Origin: Bifidobacterium breve
GTDB taxonomy: Bacteria; Actinomycetota; Actinomycetes; S36-B12
Direction of reading: 5' to 3'
Length of the DNA: 57,360 bases
NCBI GenBank assembly: GCA_945861925.1
Contig: CAMAWO010000001.1
Span: forward strand, 1 to 57,360
The notes below the pieces were generated by a model. The model was not told where the DNA came from and did not search any database. It saw only the letters and a program-made list of their open reading frames with translations. Shown one piece after another: positions 1 through 9,642 of this stretch; position 1 is the first letter of the stretch; every line of letters starts with the position of its first letter. Both the position numbers and the translations under genes were made by a program.

Positions 1-420
1 ATCCGCCGCGGCGCCAAGCTCATCTACGCCTACGCCGAGGCCACCGTGCCGCTCGTCACGCTCATCACCCGCAAGGCATACGGCGGCGCCTACGACGTCA
101 TGGGCTCAAAGCACCTCGGCGCCGACATCAACCTCGCGTGGCCAACCGCCGAGATTGCCGTCATGGGCGGCCAGGGGGCCGTCAATATCCTTTACCGCAA
201 GGAGCTCGCCGCTGCGGATAACCCCGTCGCCGAGCGGACCCGGCTTCTCGACGAGTACCAGGACACGCTTGCGAACCCCTACGTCGCGGCCGAGCGTGGC
301 TACATTGACCGGGTCATCTTTCCGCATGAGACCCGATCGATCATCGTGCGCGCCCTGCGGTCCTTGCGAAATAAGCGCGGTAGCCGCCTTCCGCGCAAGC
401 ATGGAAACATTCCGCTGTGA
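1..420 (+). CDS. accD5: acyl-CoA (propionyl/acetyl-CoA) carboxylase carboxyltransferase beta subunit, C-terminal fragment (5' end outside window)
   Basis: The frame is open from nt 1. The translation [34 protein letters not shown]...[16 protein letters not shown] is the conserved C-terminus of PccB/AccD-type carboxyltransferases. An epsilon-subunit gene follows directly. Confidence 0.9.
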   Translation: MRRGAKLIYAYAEATVPLVTLITRKAYGGAYDVMGSKHLGADINLAWPTAEIAVMGGQGAVNILYRKELAAADNPVAERTRLLDEYQDTLANPYVAAERGYIDRVIFPHETRSIIVRALRSLRNKRGSRLPRKHGNIPL

Positions 421-632
421 CCCCCGAGTCGCGCCCGCCCCTGCTGCGGGTCATCTCGGGAAACCCGTCCGAGGAGGAGCTCGCCGCGATCATTGCGGCC
501 GTGAGCACTCGGTCGCGCCGTGCCGCGCCGCGCGCGCCCCACTTCAGCTTGTGGGCGCGAAAGGCGAGGCAGGTGCGCCCCGCCCAGCGACCAGGGTTCG
601 GCGCTTGGCGCGCATCGACCTTGCCGAGGTGA
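417..632 (+). CDS. accE5: acyl-CoA carboxylase epsilon subunit
   Basis: 71 aa. The GTG start overlaps the accD stop (GTGA). The [21 protein letters not shown] motif is typical of AccE. Position between the beta subunit and maf matches mycobacteria. Confidence 0.7.
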   Translation: MTPESRPPLLRVISGNPSEEELAAIIAAVSTRSRRAAPRAPHFSLWARKARQVRPAQRPGFGAWRASTLPR

Positions 633-1243
633 CTGGCGTCACGTTCGTCCTCGCCTCCGCCTCCCCCGCTCGGAAAAAAGTGCTGACCGAGGCCGGGATC
701 ACCCCGATCGTTCAAGTGAGCGAGGTGGACGAGGACACGCTCGCCGCCGAGTTGCAGCCGATCGGACCCGCCGAGTTGGCCTTGGCACTTGCACGGGCAA
801 AGGCTCAGGACGTCGCGGTTCACTTCGCCGGACGCGACGATGTCATCGTCGTCGGTTGCGACTCCATCTTCGACCTTGACGGGATCGCCTACGGTAAGCC
901 GCTCACCACCGAGGTGGCCATCGAGAGAATCCGCTCGATGTCAGGACGATCCGGTCACCTTCACACCGGCCATTGGGCGATCCGCGGCAACCGTTCGACC
1001 GGCACCACCACCACGACCGGGCTCACCTTTGCCGAGCTCAGCGATGAGGAAATAACCGGCTACGTCGCGACCGGCGAACCGCTCAATGTTGCCGGCGCCT
1101 TCACCCTCGACGGGCGAAGCGCGCCATTCATCCGTCGTATCGTCGGCGACCCGAGCAACGTCATCGGCATCTCCATGCCGACAATGCGCGATCTCGCACG
1201 TGATCTTGGGCTCAGTTGGCCCGACCTGTGGACGTCCACATAA
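629..1243 (+). CDS. maf: Maf-like nucleoside triphosphate pyrophosphatase
   Basis: GTG at 629 overlaps the accE stop (GTGA). The N-terminus [19 protein letters not shown] carries the Maf signature. The annotated 155..1243 ORF is an upstream extension through other genes. Confidence 0.85.
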   Translation: MTGVTFVLASASPARKKVLTEAGITPIVQVSEVDEDTLAAELQPIGPAELALALARAKAQDVAVHFAGRDDVIVVGCDSIFDLDGIAYGKPLTTEVAIERIRSMSGRSGHLHTGHWAIRGNRSTGTTTTTGLTFAELSDEEITGYVATGEPLNVAGAFTLDGRSAPFIRRIVGDPSNVIGISMPTMRDLARDLGLSWPDLWTST

Positions 1244-1322
1244 CTGGAATCGCTACGCTGCTCTAGCGCGCGACGGCCGACAGAGGCCGCGGACGCCTGG
1301 TCTCGGACTCAAAGGAGCACAT

Positions 1323-3080
1323 GTGCGTACCGTCCTCATCGCCAACCGCGGAGAGATTGCGATCCGAGTCGTCCGCGCCTGCCGCGATGCCGGCCTGGCC
1401 TCGGTCGCTGTGTACGCAGATCCCGACCGTGACGCCCTCCACGTGCAGCTCGCCGATCAGGCATTCGCACTGGGCGGCAGCACGGCCGCCGAGTCGTACC
1501 TCGTCATCGACAAGATCATCGATGCTGCCGTGCGCTCAGGCGCCGACGCCGTCCACCCCGGGTACGGCTTCCTTTCGGAGAATGCGGACTTCGCCCAGGC
1601 GGTTATCGATGCAGGCCTCACGTGGATTGGGCCACCGCCCGCCGCCATCAGGTCCCTCGGCGACAAGGTGTCGGCTCGCCACATCGCCCAGAAAGCTGGC
1701 GCACCGCAGGTCCCGGGCACTGCCGACCCGGTGAAGGGTGCCGACGAGATCATCGCCTTCGCCAAGGAGCACGGGCTTCCCGTCGCGATCAAGGCAGCGT
1801 TCGGTGGTGGCGGGCGCGGCCTCAAGGTCGCACGGACGATCGAGGAGATCCCGGAGCTGTTCGATTCAGCAGTTCGGGAAGCCATCGCGGCCTTTGGCCG
1901 GGGCGAATGCTTCGTTGAGCGCTACCTCGACAATCCGCGCCACGTCGAGACCCAGTGCCTTGCTGACCAGCACGGCAATGTCGTCGTCGTCTCCACCCGC
2001 GACTGCTCACTGCAGCGCAGGCACCAAAAGCTCGTCGAGGAGGCGCCTGCGCCGTTCCTCACCCAGCATCAACGTGATGAGCTCTATACCTCGTCCAAGG
2101 CCATCCTCAAGGAGGCCGGCTACACGAATGCCGGCACCTGCGAGTTCCTCATCGGCGTCGATGGCACCATCTCCTTCCTCGAGGTCAATACCCGCCTTCA
2201 GGTCGAGCACCCGGTGACCGAGGAGGTCGCCGGCATCGATCTGGTCCGCGAGCAGTTCCGCATCGCGGAGGGCGGCGTCATCGACTACGCCGACCCGGTC
2301 CTTCGGGGTCACTCGATCGAGTTCCGCATCAATGGCGAGGACCCTGGTCGCGGCTTCCTTCCCGCCCCCGGCGTCCTGAGCGTCTGGAAGCCGCCGAGTG
2401 GCCCAGGTATCCGGGTCGACTCGGGATTCCAGTCGGGCGATGTCATCGGTGGCAACTTCGACTCGCTCCTCGCCAAGCTCATCGTCACTGGCCGGGATCG
2501 CGCCGAGGCGCTTGAGCGGGCGCGGCGAGCCCTCGATGAGTTTGAGGTCGACGGCATTGCGACGGCGCTTACCTTCCACCGGGCAGTTGTGCGTGACCCA
2601 GCCTTCGCTCCCGCAAACCCAGACGACGCCTTCACCGTTCACACTCGCTGGATTGAGACTGAGTTCGACAACCAGATCCCCGCATATTCCGGGACCACCT
2701 CTGGGGATGAGGGTGATCACGAGCGCGAGACCGTCGTCTTAGAGGTCAACGGCAAGCGCGTCGCCGTCACGATGCCCGCAGGTCTTGGATCCGGCAGCGC
2801 CGCGCCAGCGAAGGGTGCGGGTCCGGCGAAGCGGTCGGCGAAGAAGGCCACAGGCGGCGCCTCGGGAGATTCGCTGACCGCTCCGATGCAGGGCACGATC
2901 GTCAAGGTCGAGGTGGCCGAGGGCGACGTCGTCGCCGTCGGAGACCTCATCGTTGTCCTCGAGGCAATGAAGATGGAGCAGCCGCTCACCGCCCACAAGG
3001 CGGGCACCGTCACGGGGCTCACGGCGGAGAAGGGTGCGACTGTCTCGTCCGGCACCGTCCTCTGCGAGATAAAGGACTAA
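1323..3080 (+). CDS. accA3: acetyl/propionyl-CoA carboxylase alpha subunit (biotin carboxylase + BCCP domain)
   Basis: GTG at 1323 follows [23 protein letters not shown] is the biotin-carboxylase N-terminus. The C-terminal EAMKMEQ is the biotinyl-lysine motif. Confidence 0.95.
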   Translation: MRTVLIANRGEIAIRVVRACRDAGLASVAVYADPDRDALHVQLADQAFALGGSTAAESYLVIDKIIDAAVRSGADAVHPGYGFLSENADFAQAVIDAGLTWIGPPPAAIRSLGDKVSARHIAQKAGAPQVPGTADPVKGADEIIAFAKEHGLPVAIKAAFGGGGRGLKVARTIEEIPELFDSAVREAIAAFGRGECFVERYLDNPRHVETQCLADQHGNVVVVSTRDCSLQRRHQKLVEEAPAPFLTQHQRDELYTSSKAILKEAGYTNAGTCEFLIGVDGTISFLEVNTRLQVEHPVTEEVAGIDLVREQFRIAEGGVIDYADPVLRGHSIEFRINGEDPGRGFLPAPGVLSVWKPPSGPGIRVDSGFQSGDVIGGNFDSLLAKLIVTGRDRAEALERARRALDEFEVDGIATALTFHRAVVRDPAFAPANPDDAFTVHTRWIETEFDNQIPAYSGTTSGDEGDHERETVVLEVNGKRVAVTMPAGLGSGSAAPAKGAGPAKRSAKKATGGASGDSLTAPMQGTIVKVEVAEGDVVAVGDLIVVLEAMKMEQPLTAHKAGTVTGLTAEKGATVSSGTVLCEIKD

Positions 3081-3134
3081 CTCCAGATCAAGGAAGGACC
3101 CCAAATCGTGGAGTCGGTCAAGACCACCCCCCTT

Positions 3135-3165
3135 GTCATTTGATCCGGATTCCGGTTCAAATGAC
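3135..3165. promoter_or_regulatory. 31-bp imperfect palindrome GTCATTTGATCCGGATTCCGGTTCAAATGAC (candidate operator)
   Basis: Perfect 9-bp outer arms (GTCATTTGA/TCAAATGAC) plus inner CCGGA/TCCGG arms. It lies in an AT-rich intergenic stretch 107 nt upstream of the 3272 start. A perfect 10-bp palindrome GTCAATTGAC follows at 3176-3185. A related copy is at 4620. Confidence 0.45.
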
Positions 3166-3271
3166 CGCGAATCTGGTCAATTGACTCCGTTTTTGGTCAT
3201 CCTGTCCGGTCATCGTTAACGTTAACGGGCACCCGTCGATCGCCGGTCCTGCGAGGAAGTACGGTGATTCC

Positions 3272-4555
3272 ATGCCCATAACCAAACTCATCAGGACCAT
3301 GGTCCTTGTCACCGCTCTCACCGCGGGTCTCAGCGCTCCGATCGCCCTCGCCGCGGGGTCCATTGATTCGGCCGCCGCCGACCTGCGCAGCGGCGCCTCG
3401 GTGTACGTCGATCCTCAGGCACAACTCCCCCTCTCTGCGGCCGATGCCGCGGCGCTGTCCAGTCAGATTTCCAGCACCCGCTTGCCGATCTTCATCGCTG
3501 TCCTTCCCTCCTCCGCGGGCGCCGATCCCGCCTCGGTCCTCGTGGAACTCAAGGACGCGGTCGGGATCGGCGGCATCTACGGCGTTGTCGTGGGCAACGA
3601 CTTTCGCGCCGGTTCCACCACGGGCGATGTCTCGGGGCTTGCCACGTCCGCGTTCCGGGCCCAGCGGGATAACGGCCTTGCAGCCGTCCTCACCGAATTC
3701 GTGAGCCTCGCGGATACCGAATTCAATGGTGCTACCCCACCAGCGCCTAGCTCGGAGGGCGGTTCAGGGGAGACAAGTTTCCTGCTGGTCCTGTTCGCCG
3801 GGGCGATGGTCGTCCTCGTCGTTGTTGTCATTCGGCGACGTCGACGACAGGCGGTGCAACTCGCTCAGGTAAGGCGCGTGATCGATGAGGACGTCACCGA
3901 GTACGGCGAGCGGCTCGCGAGATTCGATGTGAGCGGCAGGGCTCTGGACGAGGCGAGCCGCGAGGATCTGCAACGAGCCCTCGACGACTACGAAACCGCC
4001 AAGGTATCCGTTGTGACCATGCGCGCACCCGGGGACGCGTCAGCCATCACCTCCTCCCTCGAAGATGGGCGCTTTGCCATTGCCTGCCTCGAGGCCCGCG
4101 CAGATGGTCGTCCCCTCCCCGAACGGCGAGCCCCCTGCTTTGTCGATCCACGGCACGGCCCGAGCGTTGCTGATGTCGAGTGGCAGGCACCTGGCCTCAC
4201 CACCCGCGAGGTCCCAATGTGCGCCGCCTGCCGCACGGACGTCGAGACGGGCAACAGCCCCATGGCACGCGAGGTTGATGGCCCGACTGGACGCCAGCCC
4301 TACTGGCAGGCCGGCCCTCAGTACGCGCCGTATGCGCAGGGCTACTTCTCGCCCTTCGGCAACGTCATGACCGCCGTCATGATGGGAACGATGATCAGCA
4401 GCATGTGGTCGATGCCTGGGATCACGTCCGGCGCCAGCGGCGTAGATTCCGCTGGGATCGGCGGCGGCTCAGATGGCTGGGGATTCGGGGATGGCGGTGG
4501 CGGGGACTTCGGAGGCGGAGACTTCGGAGGCGGGGACTTCGGAGGTGATTTCTGA
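3272..4555 (+). CDS. membrane protein: signal peptide, TPM-like extracytoplasmic domain, one TM, Cys-rich cytoplasmic domain, Gly-Asp-Phe repeat tail
   Basis: ATG with GAGGAAG upstream. The N-terminal hydrophobic leader ends ALAAGS. The TM segment is FLLVLFAGAMVVLVVVVI followed by RRRRR. The C-terminus is GGGGDFGGGDFGGGDFGGDF. Confidence 0.8.
   Translation: MPITKLIRTMVLVTALTAGLSAPIALAAGSIDSAAADLRSGASVYVDPQAQLPLSAADAAALSSQISSTRLPIFIAVLPSSAGADPASVLVELKDAVGIGGIYGVVVGNDFRAGSTTGDVSGLATSAFRAQRDNGLAAVLTEFVSLADTEFNGATPPAPSSEGGSGETSFLLVLFAGAMVVLVVVVIRRRRRQAVQLAQVRRVIDEDVTEYGERLARFDVSGRALDEASREDLQRALDDYETAKVSVVTMRAPGDASAITSSLEDGRFAIACLEARADGRPLPERRAPCFVDPRHGPSVADVEWQAPGLTTREVPMCAACRTDVETGNSPMAREVDGPTGRQPYWQAGPQYAPYAQGYFSPFGNVMTAVMMGTMISSMWSMPGITSGASGVDSAGIGGGSDGWGFGDGGGGDFGGGDFGGGDFGGDF
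4496..4552 (+). repeat. in-frame tandem 15-nt repeat GGAGGCGGRGACTTC (encodes GGDFG units)
   Basis: About 3.5 consecutive near-identical 15-nt units sit directly before the stop codon at 4553-4555. Confidence 0.8.
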
Positions 4556-4556
4556 G

Positions 4557-4581
4557 ATCCGTCCCACGTGGCTTCACGGAT
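4557..4581 (+). terminator. weak hairpin after the 3272..4555 gene
   Basis: ATCCGT ... ACGGAT forms a 6-bp stem enclosing the palindrome CCACGTGG. There is no T-tract. Confidence 0.2.
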
Positions 4582-4619
4582 GAAGTGACCACTAATTCGG
4601 ACATATCGGACAATTTCTC

Positions 4620-4650
4620 GTCATTTGAACCGGATACTGGACGAAATGCC
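4620..4650. promoter_or_regulatory. second copy of the GTCATTTGA-N-CCGGAT palindrome-like element
   Basis: GTCATTTGAACCGGATACTGGACGAAATGCC matches the 3135 element at about 25 of 33 aligned positions by hand alignment. It lies 56 nt upstream of the ATG at 4706. Confidence 0.4.
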
Positions 4651-4705
4651 TGGGGTGAGTGCGTGTCCGGGACCACCGTGGAAATCGTCCAAGCGATGCG
4701 AAAGG

Positions 4706-6103
4706 ATGACGGACGTGACTGACGTGGTGGTGATCGGTGGCGGTCCCGCAGGCTACGAGGCAGCCCTCGTCGCCCGACAACTCGGTGCCGAGGTGACGCT
4801 CATCGAGCGCGATGGCATTGGCGGGTCTGCCGTTCTCACCGACTGCGTGCCGAGTAAGACACTCATTGCTACCGCCGACGTCATTACGCGCACCAGGGAG
4901 AGCCACGCCCTCGGCGTCCTCATCAATGGCAGCGAGTCGCGCGACGCCTCGATCTCTGTCAACCTCGCCACTGTCAACGGTCGCGTGAAGGAACTCGCCC
5001 ACGCGCAGAGCGACGACATCCATGAGCGCCTCGTCAGGGAGGGCGTCACCGTCCTTCGCGGAAGGGCGCGACTCAGCGGTCCTGAAACCGTCAGTGTCGC
5101 GGGCGAATCCAATCGCGAGATCCCAGCCGAGACCATCCTCATCGCCACTGGTGCGAGGCCCCGCACCCTTCCCGACGCCATGCCCGATGGTGAGCGCATC
5201 CTCACGTGGGAACAGCTGTACGACCTGCCGGAACTGCCTGAGAGGCTCATTGTCGTGGGATCTGGCGTGACCGGCGCGGAGTTCGCGAGCGCGTACCACG
5301 CCCTTGGGAGCCACGTCGTGCTCGTCTCTTCACGTGATCGCGTGCTGCCGGGCGAGGATCCCGACGCCGCCCGCGTCCTCGAGGAGGTCTACGCACGCCG
5401 CGGGCTCGAGATCGTCGGGCAGTCCCGGGCCGTGAGCGCGGCTCGCACGCCAACGGGAGTCAACGTCACCCTCGAGGACGGACGCGTCATCACAGGGTCA
5501 CATGTGCTCATGGCCGTCGGATCCCTACCAAACACCGATGACCTCGGGCTGGACGAGGCGGGGGTCGCCACCGACACCGCCGGATTCATCACGGTCGATC
5601 GCGTCTCTCGGACCTCGGCGCGAGGCATCTACGCAGCGGGTGACTGCACCGGAGTGCTCATGCTCGCCTCTGTCGCAGCGATGCAGGGCCGGATCGCGAT
5701 GTGGCACGCGCTCGGCGATGCCGTGACCCCCCTCGATCGGACGATGGTGTCGAGCACGGTGTTCACCGACCCCGAGATCGCCACGGTCGGGTTTACCCAA
5801 CGGGACCTCGACAACGAGACCCTCCGCGGCGATGTTGTGCTCCTGCCCCTCGCGACGAATGCGCGGGCCAAGATGCAAGACATCGACGTCGGCTTCGTGA
5901 AGATCATCTGCCGCCGGGGCACACGCATCGTCGCCGGCGCCGTGATCGTTGGCCCGCACGCCAGCGAGCTCATCCACGCGCTCACCCTCGCTGTCGATCA
6001 GCGGCTCACCGTCGACCAGCTCGCGCTGACCTTCACGGTGTATCCGAGCCTGTCAGGCTCTATCGCTGAGGCGGCGCGCCGGCTGCACATCGCCGCCGAA
6101 TAG
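4706..6103 (+). CDS. lpdA: FAD-dependent pyridine nucleotide-disulfide oxidoreductase, LpdA-like NAD(P)H-quinone reductase type
   Basis: ATG at 4706 follows GAAAGGA. VVVIGGGPAGYEAA is the FAD Rossmann motif and VVGSGVTGAEFA the NAD site. Only one Cys (LTDCVPSK) occupies the position where lipoamide dehydrogenases carry CxxxxC. Confidence 0.85.
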   Translation: MTDVTDVVVIGGGPAGYEAALVARQLGAEVTLIERDGIGGSAVLTDCVPSKTLIATADVITRTRESHALGVLINGSESRDASISVNLATVNGRVKELAHAQSDDIHERLVREGVTVLRGRARLSGPETVSVAGESNREIPAETILIATGARPRTLPDAMPDGERILTWEQLYDLPELPERLIVVGSGVTGAEFASAYHALGSHVVLVSSRDRVLPGEDPDAARVLEEVYARRGLEIVGQSRAVSAARTPTGVNVTLEDGRVITGSHVLMAVGSLPNTDDLGLDEAGVATDTAGFITVDRVSRTSARGIYAAGDCTGVLMLASVAAMQGRIAMWHALGDAVTPLDRTMVSSTVFTDPEIATVGFTQRDLDNETLRGDVVLLPLATNARAKMQDIDVGFVKIICRRGTRIVAGAVIVGPHASELIHALTLAVDQRLTVDQLALTFTVYPSLSGSIAEAARRLHIAAE

Positions 6104-6179
6104 CGCACATACCAGGGCGATGACGTTCACCCAGTCGCATCTTCTGAAATGAAGGCCCCCGGCGCAGTAGGTTCATCCG

Positions 6180-6992
6180 GTGACCACCCATCCTTCCACG
6201 ATCGCCGCCCAGTCCAGGGCCGCCGAGTCCGCAGCCGCCATCGCCTCGCTCACCGGAGTCGAGCGACACGACGTCGCGGTCGTGCTCGGGTCAGGGTGGG
6301 TCCCTGCTGCAGATCTGCTCGGCACCACCATCGCCGACCTCGCGGTGACCGACCTGCCCCATTTTGCGCCGCCTGCTGTTGAGGGCCATGCCGGTCGGGT
6401 TCGCAGCATCGACGCGGGCGGCAGCCGGGTGCTCGTGTTCCTCGGCAGGACGCATCTGTACGAGGAGCGGGGTGTCGATGCCGTGACCCATGCGGTTCGC
6501 ACGGCGGCCGCCGCGGGCTGCACGACCATGGTCCTCACGAATGGCTGTGGGGGTCTGGACCCCGCGTGGTCACCCGGCACACCCGTGCTCATCCGCGACC
6601 ACATCAACCTCACCGGGGCGTCCCCGCTTCACGGGGCCCATTTCGTCGACCTCACCGACCTCTACTCGCCGCGCCTGCGCGGGCTGTGCCGCCAGATCGA
6701 GCCCTCGCTCCCGGAAGGGGTCTATGCCCAATTCCCCGGCCCGATGTACGAGACACCCGCCGAGATCACGATGGTGCGAAGCATCGGCGGGACCCTCGTC
6801 GGCATGAGCACGGCGCTCGAGGCGATCGTCGCGCGATCGCTCGGCATGGAGATTCTCGGCCTTTCACTCGTGACGAATCTCGCGGCCGGAATGAGCGGCA
6901 AGGCCCTGAACCACGCAGAAGTGCTCGAGGCGGGCCAGGAGGCGGCAGCTCGCATGGGCGATCTCCTGGCCCGGGTGCTTCGGGACCTCTGA
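6180..6992 (+). CDS. punA: purine nucleoside phosphorylase (trimeric PunA/PNP family)
   Basis: VVLGSGW...VEGHAGRV...FLGRTHLYE...GMSTALEAI are PNP-I family motifs. Confidence 0.9.
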   Translation: MTTHPSTIAAQSRAAESAAAIASLTGVERHDVAVVLGSGWVPAADLLGTTIADLAVTDLPHFAPPAVEGHAGRVRSIDAGGSRVLVFLGRTHLYEERGVDAVTHAVRTAAAAGCTTMVLTNGCGGLDPAWSPGTPVLIRDHINLTGASPLHGAHFVDLTDLYSPRLRGLCRQIEPSLPEGVYAQFPGPMYETPAEITMVRSIGGTLVGMSTALEAIVARSLGMEILGLSLVTNLAAGMSGKALNHAEVLEAGQEAAARMGDLLARVLRDL

Positions 6993-8677
6993 TGGCCGGC
7001 GACGCAGGCCCACTCGCCCGGGGGAGCGCCCCCTTCATCGAACTGGCGCTGGCCTGGGCGAATGAGGACCCAGACGACCACACCCGAACCGAACTGCTGG
7101 GCACCATCGACGCGGCACGGGCGCACGACCCGGCTGCCGAAGCAGAGCTCGCAGATGCCTTCGGCTCGCGCCTCGAGTTCGGTACCGCCGGACTACGCGG
7201 GCGCCTTGGCCCCGGGCCCAACCGCATGAACCGGGTCGTCGTCATGCAGGCAGCAGCCGGTCTGGCCGAGTACCTGCGCGAGCGGGGTGGCGGCGCCGTG
7301 GCGATCGGCTTCGATGCCCGCCACAACTCCGATGTTTTCGCGCGCGACTCGGCGATGGTCTTTGCCGGCGCCGGCCTCACCCCGCTCGTACTGCCAAGGC
7401 CGCTCCCGACCCCGGTGCTTGCCTACGCCGTGCGCCACCTCGGCTGCGCGGCTGGCGTCATGGTCACGGCGAGCCACAATCCGCCGCAGGACAACGGCTA
7501 CAAGGTGTACCTCGGCGAGGGCTCCCAGATCGTTCCGCCCGCGGATGCCGAGATCAGCGCCAACATCTCGTCCGTCGCGGGCCGGCCGCTCTCGTCAATT
7601 CTGTTGAGTGATGATTGGACGACCCTGGGCGGTGACGTGCTCGACGACTACGTGGCCCAGGTCGCGACCCTTGTCGGCCGGCACTCGCCGCGTCAGGCCC
7701 GCGTCGTCTACACCCCGCTCCACGGGGTCGGCGGCGAGACCTTCGAGCGAGTCCTCAAGCGGGCCGAGTTCCCGGCCTCGATCCGCGTCGATGCCCAGTT
7801 CGAGCCCGACCCCGAATTTCCGACGGTTGCGTTCCCCAATCCCGAGGAACCCGGCGCCATCGACCTCGCCATCCAGGAGGCGAAGCGGGCGACCGCAGAT
7901 CTCGTCATCGCGAACGATCCCGACGCAGACCGATGCGCAGTCGCAGTCCCCGTGCAAGGATCGCCGGACGAGTGGCGAATGCTCACCGGCGACGAGGTCG
8001 GCTCCCTGCTCGGCTGGTGGATGATCGAGCGCGGCGCGACAAGCGGTGTCTTAGCCCGGTCGCTCGTCTCATCCTCGATGCTTGACGCGATCGCCGCTGC
8101 TCACGGCCTGGCAAGCGCCCAGACCCTCACGGGGTTCAAGTGGATTGCCCGGTTGCCCGGCCTCGAGTATGGGTACGAGGAGGCGCTCGGCTACTGCGTC
8201 GACCCGCTGCATGTGCGCGACAAGGACGGTATCTCCGCTGCCCTCCTCGTCATCGAGATGGCGTCCGCACTCAAGGCGGATGGTCGCTCGTTGACCGATA
8301 TCCTTGACGACCTCGACCGCGAGCACGGCATTCATGCGACCTCGCAGATCTCCGTCCGGGTGAATGACCTCGGGAGGATCACCGACATCATGCGTCGCCT
8401 CCGCGCGAACCCACCGTCAAGCATCGCCGGCATCGGCGTCCTGGGGATGGACGACCTCGAGAAGCCGACCGACGGCCTGCCACCCACCGACGGTCTCCGG
8501 TTCAGCCTCGAAGGCGGTGCGCGCATCATCGTCCGGCCCAGCGGGACCGAGCCGAAGATCAAGTGCTATTTCGAGGTCATCGAGTATCCGAACGGCGCTG
8601 ACCTAGAAACGGCTCGCGCATCGGCCGCGCGACGGATGGAAGCCCTGCGCCACGCCGTCGCCCCGTGGCTAGAGTGA
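6992..8677 (+). CDS. phospho-sugar mutase (phosphopentomutase/phosphomannomutase family)
   Basis: ATG at 6992 overlaps the PNP stop. TASHNPPQDNGYKV carries the active-site Ser loop and DPDADR is the metal loop. The 6566 ORF start is an upstream extension inside the PNP gene. Confidence 0.9.
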   Translation: MAGDAGPLARGSAPFIELALAWANEDPDDHTRTELLGTIDAARAHDPAAEAELADAFGSRLEFGTAGLRGRLGPGPNRMNRVVVMQAAAGLAEYLRERGGGAVAIGFDARHNSDVFARDSAMVFAGAGLTPLVLPRPLPTPVLAYAVRHLGCAAGVMVTASHNPPQDNGYKVYLGEGSQIVPPADAEISANISSVAGRPLSSILLSDDWTTLGGDVLDDYVAQVATLVGRHSPRQARVVYTPLHGVGGETFERVLKRAEFPASIRVDAQFEPDPEFPTVAFPNPEEPGAIDLAIQEAKRATADLVIANDPDADRCAVAVPVQGSPDEWRMLTGDEVGSLLGWWMIERGATSGVLARSLVSSSMLDAIAAAHGLASAQTLTGFKWIARLPGLEYGYEEALGYCVDPLHVRDKDGISAALLVIEMASALKADGRSLTDILDDLDREHGIHATSQISVRVNDLGRITDIMRRLRANPPSSIAGIGVLGMDDLEKPTDGLPPTDGLRFSLEGGARIIVRPSGTEPKIKCYFEVIEYPNGADLETARASAARRMEALRHAVAPWLE

Positions 8678-8682
8678 CCCTC

Positions 8683-9630
8683 ATGACGGTCACCTTCCCG
8701 GCCGCCCTCGCGGGGGCCACCACCTCCGCTGCCTCGCTGCGTCAGTTCCTCCACGGCCTGCCCGGTGTTGACGAGGTCGGCGCCGCCGGCCGCGCGGCCT
8801 CGCTCGGTACGCGTTCGGTGAAGGCTGCGTCCAAGGCCTGGGCGATCGACCTTGCGATCCGGATGGTCGACCTCACCACCCTCGAGGGCATGGATTCGCC
8901 CGGCAAGGTGCGGGCCATGTGTGCGAAGGCCCTGCGCCCCGACCCGACGGACCCCAGCGCACCGCCGGTGGCCGCCGTGTGCGTCTACGGCGACCTCGTG
9001 GCCACGGCTCGATCAGTGGTCGGCGACAGCGTCCATGTCGCTGCCGTTGCAACGGCCTTTCCGAGCGGACGCGCCAGCCTCGCCGTCAAGCTCCTCGATA
9101 CGGGTGACGCAGTTGCCGCGGGCGCCGATGAGATCGACATGGTCATCGACCGCGGCGCCTTTCTCTCCGGCGAGTACCAGCGGGTGTTCGACGAGATCGT
9201 CGCGGTCAAGGAGGCCTGCGGCGGGGCGCACCTGAAGGTCATCCTTGAGACCGGAGAGCTTCGAACCCTCGATAACGTGCGCCGAGCGAGTTGGCTCGCG
9301 ATGCTCGCCGGGGCCGACTTCATCAAGACCTCGACCGGCAAGGTCGTTCCGGCTGCCACTCCCCCGGTGACCCTCGTCATGCTCGAGGCGGTCCGCGATT
9401 TCGAGGCGATGACCGGCCGGCTCATCGGCGTGAAGGCCGCCGGCGGCATCCGCACGAGCAAGGACGCAATCAAGTACCTCGTCATCGTGAACGAGACCGT
9501 CGGCGATCGCTGGCTCACCCCCGACCTCTTCAGGTTCGGCGCCTCGACTCTGCTCAACGACCTGCTCCAGCAGCGTCAGCGCATGGCAACCGGCCACTAC
9601 TCGGGCCCCGACTACGTCACGATCGACTGA
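8683..9630 (+). CDS. deoC: deoxyribose-phosphate aldolase
   Basis: GADEIDMVI and FIKTSTGK (Schiff-base lysine) motifs are present. The ATG lies 6 nt after the mutase stop. Confidence 0.9.
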   Translation: MTVTFPAALAGATTSAASLRQFLHGLPGVDEVGAAGRAASLGTRSVKAASKAWAIDLAIRMVDLTTLEGMDSPGKVRAMCAKALRPDPTDPSAPPVAAVCVYGDLVATARSVVGDSVHVAAVATAFPSGRASLAVKLLDTGDAVAAGADEIDMVIDRGAFLSGEYQRVFDEIVAVKEACGGAHLKVILETGELRTLDNVRRASWLAMLAGADFIKTSTGKVVPAATPPVTLVMLEAVRDFEAMTGRLIGVKAAGGIRTSKDAIKYLVIVNETVGDRWLTPDLFRFGASTLLNDLLQQRQRMATGHYSGPDYVTID

Positions 9631-9642
9631 CAGGACAGACGA

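Noticed and set aside
155-1243. 362-aa ORF spanning accD, accE and maf
   Set aside because: Only the last 204 codons (from GTG 629) look like Maf. The upstream part is an out-of-frame read-through of the accD/accE genes with Arg/Ser/Pro-rich composition, typical of high-GC shadow frames.
4496-4552. Possible CRISPR-like or intergenic tandem repeat
   Set aside because: The units are 15 nt, contiguous with no spacers, in frame and inside a CDS. It is a coding Gly-Asp-Phe repeat, not a CRISPR array. No CRISPR-like repeat-spacer structure was seen anywhere in the window.
4625-4705. Earlier ATG (4625) as the lpdA start
   Set aside because: It would add 27 residues (MNRILDEMPGVSACPGPPW...) before the Rossmann motif and place the palindromic element inside the CDS. 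ATG 4706 has a GAAAGGA ribosome-binding site and a canonical distance to GGGPAG. This is not fully excluded.
6566-6991. 5' extension of the phosphomutase ORF
   Set aside because: It overlaps the well-supported PNP gene in another frame and translates to a low-complexity Arg/Pro-rich sequence. ATG 6992 is coupled to the PNP stop.
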